Of a stretch of DNA of 64,000 nucleotides, positions 39,495 to 53,129 are shown in pieces. This DNA is from Octopus vulgaris. Taxonomy: Eukaryota. The notes under the pieces were generated by a model. That model made no database searches. It was not told the DNA's origin and saw only the letters and a list, made by a program, of their open reading frames with translations. The stretch spans positions 20,646,001 to 20,710,000 of the forward strand of contig OX597843.1 in the NCBI GenBank assembly GCA_951406725.2. Direction: 5' to 3'. The stretch's first letter is position 1, and each line of letters starts with the position of its first letter. A program made the position numbers and the translations under genes.

Positions 39495-40790
39495 ACATAT
39501 AGAGGGCATTATACATACATGCCAGAAGGCATTATACATACATGCCAAACGCTAAGAGGGACAATCAGTCATTTCTACCAAAAATATTACTAATCCCACC
39601 GAATGCAATTTCTCAAAGTAAGACATTTAAAAATATAGACCTGTATCACAGTGATTTCATACTTACGTAATCATCAGCAGGCCTGAATGTATTATAAATA
39701 AACAACGACCCTGCCCCGCTTAAGCCGATCAGCTAACTGATCAACATCAACGAAGCACATGGGTGAGTTTACATATATTACATCCGGGTAAATGGCAAAC
39801 TTTTACGAATTGCATTTCGGGAGAGGAAAAGTTTTTTTCGGAATAAAAATTTAGCAATTAAGGACAACTACTTAATAAGGAAAACTTAACAAGAAATTGT
39901 CAGGTAGATAGCGTAAAAACCTCATAAGAGAAAAAATTTCGAAAATAATTATTTCTTATTGAACATATTAATTTATATATAGAGGGCATTATACATACAT
40001 GCCAGAAGGCATTATACATACATGCCAAACGCTAAGAGGGACAATCAGTCATTTCTACCAAATATTACTAATCCCACCGAATGCAATTTCTCAAAGTAAG
40101 ACATTTAAAAATATGATTGTCCCTCTTAGCGTTTGGCATGTATGTATAATGCCTTCTGGCATGTATGTATAATGCCCTCTATATATAAATTAATATGTTC
40201 AATAAGAAATAATTATTTTCGAAATTTTTTCTCTTATGAGGTTTTTACGCTATCTACCTGACAATTTCTTGTTAAGTTTTCCTTATTAAGTAGTTGTCCT
40301 TAATTGCTAAATTTTTATTCCGAAAAAACTTTTCCTCTCCCGAAATGCAATTCGTAAAAGTTTGCCATTTACCCGGATGTAATATATGTAAACTCACCCA
40401 TGTGCTTCGTTGATGTTGATCAGTTAGCTGATCGGCTTAAGCGGGGCAGGGTCGTTGTTTATTTATAATACATTCAGGCCTGCTGATGATTACGTAAGTA
40501 TGAAATCACTGTGATACAGGTCTATATTTTTAAATGTCTTACTTTGAGAAATTGCATTCGGTGGGATTAGTAATATTTTTGGTAGAAATGACTGATTGTC
40601 CCTCTTAGCGTTTGGCATGTATGTATAATGCCTTCTGGCATGTATGTATAATGCCCTCTATATATAAATTAATATGTTCAATAAGAAATAATTATTTTCG
40701 AAATTTTTTCTCTTATGAGGTTTTTACGCTATCTACCTGACAATTTCTTGTTAAGTTTTCCTTATTAAGTAGTTGTCCTTAATTGCTAAA
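39491..40790. repeat. 480-bp tandem repeat plus inverted tandem copy carrying a type I hammerhead (retrozyme/pLTR-like)
   Basis: 39501 recurs at 39981 (period 480). Inversion junction at 40114/40115; the reverse copy recurs at 40594. Flanked by (TA)n on both sides. Confidence 0.93.
40476..40523 (+). ncRNA. Type I hammerhead ribozyme, minimal stem III; second copy on the minus strand at 39637-39684
   Basis: AGGCCTG-CTGATGA-T-TAC-GTAA-GTA-T-GAAA-TCAC-T-GTGA-TA-CAGGTCT: 7-bp stem I, stem II with a GNRA loop, near-palindromic stem III and an AUA cleavage triplet. Confidence 0.75.
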
Positions 40791-40851
40791 TATATATATA
40801 TATATATATACACACTTATAGATATGTATGTATGCCATACATACATATATG

Positions 40852-40895
<44 letters not shown>

Positions 40896-41019
40896 CTAAA
40901 TAAATTTTCATACATGCAAACATCTATCTCATATACATATATCTGCTTGTGTTTGTGTATTTATATATATACACTTATAGATATGTATGCATTTCATGCA
41001 TACATACATACATACATGA

Positions 41020-41065
<46 letters not shown>

Positions 41066-42133
41066 ATATATATGTATAAATATATATGTATAAATATATA
41101 TATATATGTATGTATAGATTTATATACTAAATAAATATTCATACATGCATACATGTATCTCATATACATATATCTGCTTGTATTTGTGTATTTATATATA
41201 TATATATATATATGTAAATATATATCTATATCTATGTTATGTCTCTCTCTCTCTCTCTTTCTATTTACCTATCTATCTATTCGTCGTCTACGATACGACT
41301 ATACTGCCATTTAACCACAGGAACACATCAGTTGATTTATTCAGTTCGCTTCGATATTCACTCGATATTTAGTGCAATCGGGAGATAACACCTGCTTCCG
41401 TAGCTTAAAGACTCTAGCCCACAGGTCTCGATCTGTATTTGATCTCCTTAGAGGTGGGTAGTCGTCGCCAGGCATGTCAGGAGTTTACTTCGATTACAAT
41501 ATATAGAAAATAGTGTCACTGATTGTGTGACTAGGACACTAAAATGTTAGAAGATCTCTGTTCATGAAAGAAGCAGTATAAGAAGCAAAAAAATATTTCC
41601 CATGATCACTTTAAAGTGGCTAAATATATGTGATATATATATATATGTATATATATATATATTCATGTATGTATTAATACATTATACACATCAAATTACA
41701 CATTAACACATACCTATAGTTATGTACATATATGTGTGTGTGCATGTGCGTGCGTGCGTTCGTAGTACTTTCTTCTGTGTGTATGAGAGTGTGAGTGTAT
41801 GTGTGTGTGTGTGTAAGAAAAATCATATTTAGTGACGGAAATGTATGCTATTAAAATCTATTATATTGCATACAGTTTTTACATTACCATGTCGCCTTAA
41901 TGAAATGCCTCACACACATGCATACACACACACTGACAAACACAAACACACACACTCAAACTAAGCGATAAATTCATAGAGTGGAAAATTTTGCGTTGAG
42001 GAAATGAAAGACATTGGCCGAGAGAGAGAGAGAGAGAGAAATCTACTTTGTTTCTCTCACAGATTTTGAAATTTGGTTTATTGATGAATTCTTTCATAAT
42101 GAATCCGATTTTTTTACCCTTGTATCTACCTAA

Positions 42134-42169
<36 letters not shown>

Positions 42170-42176
42170 GTATACG

Positions 42177-42249
<73 letters not shown>

Positions 42250-42546
42250 GTGTGTGTATATAGTTAGTAAAAGGAAATAGAGAAGAAATATAGAGGATAC
42301 CTGGCTATTTTTTATCTCGATGAAAAGAGTAATACGTACAATATTTAAGATGTAAAGGAAGCGAATCAACAAATGTCATAAACATAAAGCAATCCTACAA
42401 TTGTTTCCATCGTGATGTTAGGTTTCGATCATCACCGTTTTAGCGCTGATAGGTGTAAAATAACCCCGCATCATATGTCCGGATATCATCAGTGGCAATG
42501 TTTACTTTCTGGTGGCGAACAGCGAAATAACTAAGATGAAGATTGT

Positions 42547-42612
<66 letters not shown>

Positions 42613-42731
42613 CGTGTGTGTGTAGGCGCAGGAGTAGATGTGCGCTAAGAAGTATGCCACCGAACCACATGATTCCAGGTTAAGTCCCACTGCATGACGC
42701 CTTGGGCAAGTTTCTTTTGTATGTTTTGTAG

Positions 42732-42793
42732 TATTTAAAACAATTTACATTTATGGAATAACTGAACGTCACGCATCCCGACTTTTGTTAACA
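42732..42793 (+). other. Candidate further exon of the LRR gene
   Basis: tttcttttgtatgttttgtag acceptor and gtaagt donor. Open in the phase-1 frame continuing from 37939 (LFKTIYIYGITERHASRLLLT); no recognisable homology. Confidence 0.35.
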
Positions 42794-42832
42794 GTAAGTT
42801 TGCATATACATACATGTGTAAACATAGGTAAA

Positions 42833-45800
42833 CTAGCAGCTAAGCCCGGTTTCACCCGGTCTGTTTGAATGATGTGGGTGTGATCGTTTTCGGCTTGGCA
42901 TAATCTATAACAACGTTTCTCAACCTTATCATTTCGGGTACCCCGTTCCGATTGGAGCCTCCAGCTATATGAAAATTTCTTTCCATCACAACCCCGCCCG
43001 CTGTAAGAAAAGAGCTTCAGGAGATGTGAAGAAAGAATTTGTACGTAGTCTGTTTCTGAGAGCTATTGCATCGGACCACTGTTTAATCATTAAAACATTT
43101 ATTTAATTATGAAGATAGAAAGAAATTATACATTAATCCCTATTTTTGTAAGCAGTTGTATCCATAAAAATTTTCTTTTCAGAGAGCAGAAATTGAAAGA
43201 TTTGTGAAATGGACATGTGTGCGTGTGTGTGTTTGTGTGTGTGTGTATGTGCGTGTGTGTGTGAGAGAGAAAGAGAGTGAGAAAGAGAGATAGGGTGAAT
43301 GAGTTAAGGTGTGTGTCATTGAGTTACTTTGGCTGGCACAGTGACTACGAAGCTTTTGAGGCGGCAGATGACTGGGGTGATTTGAAAGATGTGAAGAAGT
43401 GCCATCTTTTCAGAGGAGCGCTTCTTTGTAGGCAACATTTCTCGTTTTCTCTTCTGATGCACAAATGCCTAGACTTTGTTTGCTGCCAACATGGGAGCAT
43501 CAAACAGAGAGTTCACTGTGAGATTTAAACCAACCATTTGCAATGATTGACCCTCTGCCTTATTTATTGTCATTGCAAAAGAGAGGTTGATAGGAAATTG
43601 AAACCGCTTAAATTTGTAGATCGTATCGGAGGGAGTGAGGGACATTGGGGTAATAAGAACATCTTGAACAGTGGCTGGTACATTCAAGATGGTTGCCTGC
43701 AGAACTCGGGAGTAAATATTTTTTATTATCATCCGCGTGCGGTTACACATTATTTGAGCATCCAGATTCCGCAGCAGCATGATGGGACGCCAACCTTGAG
43801 ATGGAGTTCCAGAGGCGGAATTCCTGTGGGCGTTTGGGAATTAAGAAATTCTGTTATGAAAACGGTCATATCCTCCGGGTTTTCATGCGTGTCAATGGAC
43901 TTGAAGGAGAGTTTTTCTCCAGGAAGCAGATCAAAAACTTTATTATTGATAGCGTCGACTGTTTTGTTGTGAGGCGCCAAAATTGCTATTCCTTGTAGGC
44001 AAGTTGTGTGAAGGCTTTGGCTTGCAATGTCAGGAAAACCTGCAGAAATCAAATCATCTTTGGTAGGCACGATGTTACCAAATGGTAAATGGATGAAACC
44101 ATCAGTATCACCAGCTACAGTTCCATTACTAACATCGAGAAGCTGCGCCGAGAATGTGGCCGCATTTTCGTCGCCAAACACGTGAACTCTCATGTTCGTA
44201 GTCAGGTGAAGTTTCTCGCTGTGGTGCCATAACTAGGATGATTTTATGGAAGCATTTACCTCGTCAGCTCTTGTCCCCCGTGGAATGACAGGTAGAGTTT
44301 GTCGGAAGTTGCCAGCAAGCAGAACAATCACTCCACTCTCCACTCTCATATTCCGTCTCAGGTCTTGAAGAAACCGCTCGAGCGCTTCAAATGCTGCCTT
44401 ATAACACATGGCTTCCTCATCCGAAATGATAAGGCTACACTCAGTGAGAAGATTCCCCATGGCTGAGCCGCGACTAACATTGCAAGTTGGATTTCCCTGT
44501 TTGGTCAAGTCTAGTGGTAATTTGAATGCTGAGTGTGCCGTACGACAGCCATGCAGTAGAGTTGCTGCGATGCCGCTGGATGCAACCGCTATAAGAATTC
44601 GGATTTTCTGACGAATTTTGGTGAGTAGGAGGTTCATGTGAAAAGTTTTTCCGGTTCTGCCGGGAGCATCCAAGAAAAAAAAATTCGTCCTTTGTTGGAA
44701 TTGCCGCTGGTGAGGAACCTATTGTATTCAATTCTCTGTACTTCCAAAAGTGTAGGCTCGTCCTGAGCAACCTGCACCACCATTTCCTGCGTGTTGTAGC
44801 TCATCTCTCGCATGTACTCAGCAGCTAAATCAGTTGAAATATCCCGCGGAGACGGCCGACTGAAATCTGAGGACGCCAACTCCTCCCATAGCTTGCAGTC
44901 GCGATTGCAAATAAAGGAGGGCTGTGTTGTAGATGACGTTATTGAGGTCGAATCCAGCCGTTGGATCTTCGGCTTGAAGTCGTCGGAGATAATCTTCGGA
45001 AAAACTATCTTTAAATGTGTCCCAGAAATGAAGAGGGTTAGACACATTACTGAATAGCAAGATGAGACAAAATATTCGGCGCATTGCTTCTGGTGTCCTG
45101 CATTCAGAGGCCTCTTGCAATGCCGTGTTCCAGAGACCCTCATCCTCGAGTAGTCACCGTCGCAAGCAAGCTTCCCTGTAAGTGCAACACATTTGTCCTT
45201 CGAATGATCTGACGTGGGCAAATGATGTTGGGTCTTTCATATGAAACAGAATCATCCGCAAAAAAGCAGTCCTGATCCTTTGGGTGTACAGTGTGGACAC
45301 GACCGATCATGTTTCCTTTGTAGATTACCTCGCCGACCTCATTGTCGATTCGCACACCCTGCCGCCGCCTTTCACATTTTTTGTTAGTCCAAGTGAAGTA
45401 AACACGTTGCCTATTTTCTAAGTGTACATCTAGGCCAAAAACAGATGCAGAGGACTGGTGAATATCCAAACCTAAAATGCGCCATGCCGCCATATTAGAC
45501 GAAATATTGAAGGATTTCATCGTTGGCTGTCTCTTCATCCTGCTCACCCAAAGCAGCCATGTCGCTGCCCTTGTTTACATGTTTGCATATGTACTTGATG
45601 CCTTTAATTGAGGTGCAAGATTCAACGTTGATGTGGGCGTTGAAGTTTTTAAGGGAGACAGGGCTGTAGGGAACAACCATAATGTTGTTGATGGCAATGT
45701 CTTTGCTCTTTATCCTCTTTGCGCCGAAATTCCTCCAATGTCAGGGGCACGTCGTCAGTAAATTGGGTAGCCATCAATACCAGTACATATAGCCCTGTTG

Positions 45801-47878
45801 AAAGCCCTGGGATGGTTATTTGAACATCTATTTTTTTCATTACACGGAGAATTAGTATTCAAGACACCACAGCGCCCGTGTGTCATATGCGCCGACACTA
45901 TTTGGAATACCTGCAAGTTGACATTAGGGTCAGGCAGCTCTACACATATAATCTTATCTATGTCAGCAAGTCTGATTCTTTCTTGACAACAAATCAGTAT
46001 ATGGGCGTGTGGAAGATCCCGCTTTTGCCATTCTACTGTGTACATGCACGCGTTAAGTTTTCTGTAGACAGCATCATGTTTCAATAGCCACATAAATTTC
46101 TGCAATTTTCCATGGAAAACTCTGGCCACTAAGTCGTGTCTGTCGCATGCAGCCTGGCCCTCGAATAAGTTTTCGTTATCTCCTCCAAGTTGAGTTGCAC
46201 GTAAAGGTGATGAAGAGGTCAGGTTCGCTAAACTTACGGACATATGCCATGGCATCCTGTGTCCGCTGATGCATATACCGTCGAGACCCGGTATGGCTGG
46301 AAGTAAGTATCACCGGAAGGCCTATGTTTCTTGCATTAACATACAGCTGGACATGAACGGTAAGATATCGATCCACACGCAATCTGTTTTGATTTTAACG
46401 AATACAAAGAAGCCTTTCACCTTCAGCCTTGGCAAACATGTCAACCAAGAATTGATTTGTGACTTCCTTGTACCGTAGTAGTTGGTTGAACTGACCTTCT
46501 CTGACCATAAGACGGAAGGCATAGAATTCCTTGGAGGAAACAGCCTTGGTTAATTCAGCACCCGTGATTGGATCAACATGGCGTTGGTGAAAGCTGTTGC
46601 CATCCTCTCCAAAGGGGAAACAGTAGGGGGTACTGCAGGCAGTCGTATGACCGATAGGTTTCGAAACAAAGGACAGTCGGCTTCCACCCATGACAAAAAC
46701 TTAAGGAGAACCTCAAATACGCCAACTTTTCGACCAACCACAACGCCAGGTCTCCTAAACTCTGTCGTAGTTATCGTATCCAAACGGGTTTCATCACTGC
46801 CCGCATTAAGGAAATATTTGAAATGAACGGGATAGCATATTTACTTCTCGACACAAATTATGCAATTCATATTCTAAGTCCAAATAGCAACAATACCACA
46901 CCCACCCCTGTGTCATCCCCTAACTAACTCCCTTGCACCCCAACTGATATCCTGCTCCATATATCGATGCAGTAAACAACTGTTTATTTACCTTTACATT
47001 TCCTAAACATTTTATTGTTTTATTTTTAATTCCCAACCTGTTTTCCTTATCGTTTATACGTCATAAATTTTCTCAACTCTTCTCTCTCTACACACATCCC
47101 TCAGTATATGATAATATACAAGGACCCAGGCACGCGTGCACAGCTACTAGATTCTACAGACGCACACCATATACGCGCGTGTTAACTAATATGCACTCAC
47201 ATAATAATCTCAGATGAAAGCTACTACTACTACTATCTCCCACTTCACTCGCCGTCCTTAGATTTTAAAGCCAAATTAGTTCTACCAACTCGACGAGCAA
47301 ACCGTGGTCTATTATTTTACAACGTAAATACAATATCTTCCTCCTTCCTCTCCTTCAAACACCACTCTATCCACTTCAAATACTACACCTATATCTTCAT
47401 CCTATAATTCTGTTTTAAATGGCTATATATAATGCTACAATATGTTTACTTATCTATCCTACAACGGACCCGTGAATGACCCCGGAATACGTGCATAAAG
47501 CCACTCGCCAGCCAATTTCCATATAAAACCTTGTCTTCGTACACTCCTTAATCAGTAACAAACGTTCTCATTCTTATACATAGGATTTCTGGTATTTTAT
47601 TTGCATTTTCCTTCTGCTCAACTGTTTTCCTCCCGAACTGTCCTTTCTTTACATTTTGATAAAATTCCCAACAAGTTTACACGGGGATTCTAACGAGAAT
47701 GTAAACTTCACGTAATCAAGATATCCTTTGACTGAAGAGTAGCTTGTGGTATTATCCATGTTAGGATAATATGCTACTTCCGTGTTTCTCTTAGCTATGA
47801 AGCTTATGTAGCCTGGATTGTGTCTACGCCATTCCCTACACACACATACGCATATATCTATATATATATATCTCTAGA
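42833..47878 (-). mobile_element. Helitron family B, near-complete RepHel pseudogene with both termini
   Basis: Rep motifs QDAMAYVRKFSEPDLFITFTCN, VEWQKRDLPHAHIL and HINVESC..IKYICK. Pif1 motifs DAPGRTGKT, VASSGIAATLL, GNFRQTLPV and QFPINLSFAMTINKAEGQS. The 3' end is a small hairpin (CCGG..CCGG) then CTAG|T at 42833; the candidate 5' A|TC is at 47878. Confidence 0.93.
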
Positions 47879-49049
47879 TGAATATCTCTTCGTTGCAAGG
47901 CGTATCCCACAACAGAATATTTTGGTACATTTTGGGTACAGCATTCCCACATAAGATACCTTTTTTACGTTATGGTGAGGATTTTCCATTTTTTCCACCT
48001 CAACGTTGCAGATGATGGCAGGAAGCTCTTTAAAAATTGTTTTAATGTGTGTTGATTTTATTCACATCCCCTATCCCAATCGGTACCGAATTTGGCCAAT
48101 GCTTTTGAACGACGCATTTAAAAAAGTTTTTAATGAAAAATTTGGGAATTCAGCGACCACCATTATAATCCACACTTTCTTTCTTTTCAAACGAAAAGTG
48201 AAACGTAATTTAAGAACAATGGCGACATTTTAAATAGTTTGTTCGGTAACCTTTCATATTCTCATAACGATGTTATTTATCCTGCAGCTTTTGCTGACGG
48301 CATTAAGTTGATCTCAGCATATGACGTTGAAAAAATCGCTAATTGCGCCAGGTCAGTGATTTTCTAAAATCATTGGGTGTTTAGAGTGCAAATACCACTT
48401 TTTGGCCGTAAATTTCATGTTTTTTATCCGATTTTAATGAAATTTGAGATAGAGGTAAATGTTTGGTGGGAGAGAGGGTGAGGGTATTTATTTAATTCAA
48501 AATGGCTTGAAATAGGTATAAATGCAAATAAGAATTTTCTTAGACACATTCTTATCGATTTTGTAGAAATTTTATACGTGATTATAGTTCATGTGTATTT
48601 GTTGATGCCAGCATGAAGAGTTGACAAAGAATCGATATCTGCGCGTGAGCGGGAGATTTTAAGTAATCAATAGGCTTTTTGCATGCAATCACCCATAGGA
48701 TTAATATTTTATACAGTAACTTTTACAGAATTCATCCGATTTTGATGAGCTTTCACTTTTAGGGAAAGTTTAATTTTGAAGACATGTAGAAGAATTAAAA
48801 TTAAACTAGTGCGAGGCGGAAATCCTCAAATCATTCACAATAAAATAATGGACTGATTTTGAAGAACCGTGAGCAAAATTAAGCACTTCGACGTATGAAA
48901 CATCTGTTATTCATATAATGTACTGAGATTTAAGTGTCTATGGGATATTTTCGTGTAAATGGTCACATGGATTCTGTTTTATGATATTACCTTACCATTT
49001 TTCTTCGGATTTTGCTGAGATTGGACACACTGATCAATTTTGTACCGAC

Positions 49050-49432
49050 AGTGGCATTAAGGGGAGAGAGATAAAGAAACATCGATCAAATCGACCGCAG
49101 AACTTATTCTTTGTAAGCCTAGTACTTATTCTATCGGTTTCTTTTACCGAACCGCTAAGATACGTGGATGTAAACACACCAGCATTGGTTGTCAGGCGAT
49201 GTTGGGGAGACAAACACAGACACACAAACATATACATACACACATACATATAAATATATACTTACATACGACAGGCTTCTTTCAATTTCCGTTAACCAAA
49301 TCTACTCACAAATCTTTGGTCGACCCGAGGCTACAGCAGAAGAAACTTGCCTAAGGTGCCACACAGTGGGACTGAACCCAGAACCGTGTGGTTCGTAAGC
49401 AAGATACTTACCACAAAGCCACTCCTACGCCT
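49050..49432 (-). mobile_element. Octopus-type SINE(s), paralogous to 12240-12666
   Basis: Same two-part sequence as 12320-12666 plus 15998-16032, uninterrupted here. Confidence 0.75.
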
Positions 49433-49433
49433 A

Positions 49434-49527
<94 letters not shown>

Positions 49528-49908
49528 AGAGAGACAAAGAGAGAGAGAGAAGAAAAATACCATTTATGCAATTAAAAGTTATATAGACGGTTTAAAGTGC
49601 GGATAATAAAGAAATGCGCTCAAACTGTCAAATTCTTAAAATACGTAAATGAAGAATGCGAAAAAGTGTTGTATGAGCAACTTATGAAATTTGTATTTGT
49701 AATAGAATGTCATAAGTGAAATTTACGCCATCACAAACAGTAAACACATATCAATTATTAGTCCTGAAGAATTATGCAAGTTCAGGTGAAGTTTCTGCAG
49801 ATGAATATGTCTCGATTCACCTGAAAACTTATGTAATTTTTAAGTGTTTTTAAAAGATTTCACGTCTGGAGAGATGGAGCAGCATAAACAGAGTAATTCT
49901 TTAATACA

Positions 49909-50580
49909 CTAGTAGAAATTCCGCGGCAAATGCGAAAGTTTTTAGATGGTTGTAAGTTTATATGGAGACATGAAAATTAGCGCTCCTTTATAAATTGTAT
50001 ATTCTACATAATTGTCGTTTTAAAACACCTTCAGTCCTTCTGGATAAGACCCTCTGCTTCTCTTGGCGCCATTGCCCATTTGGTTTCATTCTTTCTGTTG
50101 TCCGATTACATCGTCTCTCATCTTTGGGTTATAAACAAATAACATTTTTCAAGCGAGCAGACGATTGTACTTATGCGCATGCTTTAAGTAATAGGTGGTA
50201 TTAAAAAAATATATCAATTAAAAACATTACACTCTTCGCATACACTCACCAACGCAACCTCCACCACCACCACTAACACCACCAACACATTCATCATCAT
50301 CATCATCTCTCTCTCTCTCTCTCTCTCTTTCTCTGCCTTTCTTTAATCTCACCATCAGAACATCGATCCTCTGCTACAATTCTGTTTCTCACTCTCCTCT
50401 ATATCACTACCTTCAACTAACATTTTTAACCTCGTAATAACTATTACGTTCCCCCTACCACACGTCATAGACGCTTCTCTTACCCTCTTTTTCTCTCCCT
50501 CCTTTTCTCTCTACCTGTTTTTCTCTCGCTCTTCACCTTACCCGCTTTTTCCCTCTACTCCATCTTTTCTCTCGCTCTTC
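49909..50580 (-). mobile_element. Short non-autonomous Helitron A-related derivative
   Basis: 3' end TTCGCATTTGCCGCGGAATTTCTA-CTAG|T at 49909. 50170-50470 is paralogous to the Helitron 5' regions at 2700-3010 and 34270-34560. Confidence 0.6.
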
Positions 50581-52974
50581 GCAACACAGCATTAATCACT
50601 TCAAGTTATAATCAAATATTCAAATACTAAACTGCATCGATTCATTCGATCAGTCCCATTTGTCAACAAATTTGGAACGTTTTGACCATTTGAGAAATCC
50701 TAATGTAAAGCAAATAGCAATGTTCTTTTAATGCTATTCTTTAAACCTCGTAAATCTGAAGATGTGAAATAGCAAAGTCAATGTTCTGTTTAATAAGTTA
50801 GATATTTTCATCTTTCATAATTTAAGCGCCAATTGAATGAAATCTGAGATAGATACCATGGACGTTCCGTTTAAGCTGCTACAGGCCAACATTTACAGGA
50901 ATGATGAAGGGGTTGAAGTGTTTAGCACAGTGGTTCATACTGAAAACGAACTGAGGTTTAAGATCGAGGAGCAAAGGAATAGACGAGTGAGTCGGTAGTA
51001 CGTGCTTGGTGGGGTCAAGAGCTCAGCCAACTCCTACAAGAATCTGTAGCATGACAGTGACAGTGGCAAAACAAAGAGAAGAGATATCCTGCCTGCGAGA
51101 TAGCTGTTAGAGTATGTTTGTTAGGGATAGAGTAAAATTTAGCCACGTCACCCTTCTTTCGATGCAATCCCGGATGTGTATCACCGTTCCAGATGTAGAA
51201 AATTTCTTCATTGTGTGCTTCACTTGAGCATTGTAAATGGTCTGAAGTTTTGGCTGCAAAGAGAAGGATTGGACTTTAAAATACCGTACTAGCTATGCAA
51301 AGGATCTACTTTCGCCAAGAAAAGTATTCACTGCTAATAATGCTCAGCGAAGTGTAAGTTTTCAAGTAAGATTGTGAAGGACACTTGTCTAATCTTCAGC
51401 CCATTACAAATGACCGTGTTTCAACACCGTGTCCATTTCTATGCTGTATCCTTTCTCTGTCTCTAATTATCTATTTCAATGGTAGTCTTAAACCACATCT
51501 CTGTTCAAAACCACCACCTAGTAATTTTAAGTGCCTTTAGTGTAGTCCATATTGTCTTAAACATTCTTCAGTTGAAGAATATCATCTTTTCCCCTTCCTT
51601 CTAGACTTGGTCATCCTGTGAATCGGTTTCAAGCCTGCTTTACTCCTATTCGAAAGAAAATATGAAATCTGTCAGAATTCAATGGTATGAAAATATAAAT
51701 CCCTGTTCTTGGTGTATAAACAATTTGAACTTTATTCAAGACAATAATTTGGGAATATCGTCAGGCGAACGAAATAACTGGAGACGAACTGGGAGTCTTT
51801 TGACACACAGAATCCGAAATGGACATCAATTTAATACGATCACATCAGAATTGTAAGATACTGGATCCACAGAATGTCTTTGTTTTGTTTTCGAATAAAC
51901 CAGCTTATGAAGAACGTACTAATATACATAGAAATTGCATTGTCTTCAAAGCTAGGATGTTTTGAACTTCTACTGAAAAGCTAGCAAATATCTCTAAATT
52001 TCTACAGACAGTTTACATTATTGTTCATGCCTATTTTTTCATGAATTTGTGTTTGAATGGTTTTCATTAGTGCTGAACCTCAATAGCCCAGCATCGTATT
52101 TAATTACAATCTGCCTTGATAAGACATGGATGTTGGATGATTTTCTCCGGCTGAACTAAAGTCTGTTCATTCACATTAAAATACCCTGGACTAATGCTCG
52201 CTGCGGCCATTATTTCATTACCCGATGTTTACACCAGACCTTTAATAAAATAATCGATAAACCATAATAGACATTCGTACTACATTTCCCAATATATTTC
52301 CCCTTAAATATGAGGAAAATAGTGAAAATTGAGGGTTTGGGTATCTTGAAATCTAGACGTAATCCTAAAAAATGGATTCCACATTTGAATTCAGCAAAAT
52401 TATTTAACAGAGAGGTACTCTTCTATAGCTTGTTGTTGCATATGAGTATACTGTAAGTGATAGAATGGGGAACAGCCTCTAAATATAGGTTTAGGTTTAG
52501 GGTTTGAGTATGCTTAATATGGATAAAACATTGCACTGGACCAAACACGGATTGCACTTTGACAAGGCATAACACCCATACTTCATTCAATTTACGCATA
52601 GAGTTGAAGCCATAGGAAACAATATGACAGGCGTAGTCTTAGTTTGAACCTCATTCATTCACCAACGGTAACATAGACATGATGCTTGACAGAGGAACCT
52701 CTGTCATGTCAGTGGACAGAACCGCCATGTTTCCAAACAGTATTACTACTGACGTCTTCGGACCTATCAAACGTAGGTGTTATTAAGCTACCGAATTGCG
52801 TAAATGACTTATACTACTAAAATCAGTTCTTCATCTCGCATCGATTACCGTTTGGATAACCAAGGGGCACATTAAACTGTGGAACCTCTCACGGTGCAGC
52901 TTTCGAAAAATAATCTACAGGCCTAAGCTGAAATCTCATCTGCAAGGGAGTGTCTCCAGGACCCCTGTTACAGT

Positions 52975-53022
52975 CCCCTTCAACTCCTTCATCTTGAGGA
53001 ACAAATAAAAATCACAGGGCGG
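52975..53022 (-). mobile_element. Tiny mariner transposase scrap
   Basis: The minus strand reads PCDFYLFLKMKELKG. Confidence 0.5.
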
Positions 53023-53129
53023 GACATTTACATAATTTATTCATAGAGGTTTTTTTCTAGGTTTCGTGTGTCTTTACTGTCCATTAGAAGGATCATCAAG
53101 GATCTGTGAACTGGATCTGTGGATCAGAG

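Noticed and set aside
50858-51337. Alternative genetic code (TAG read-through) suggested by seven consecutive TAG stops
   Set aside because: The context is nuclear animal DNA and the read-through product is unrecognisable. Chance or C-to-T decay is more likely.
53045-53100. Second hammerhead-like motif TTGATGA...CGAAACCTAG downstream of the HERO motif (minus strand)
   Set aside because: The core C is changed and there are no convincing stems I or III.
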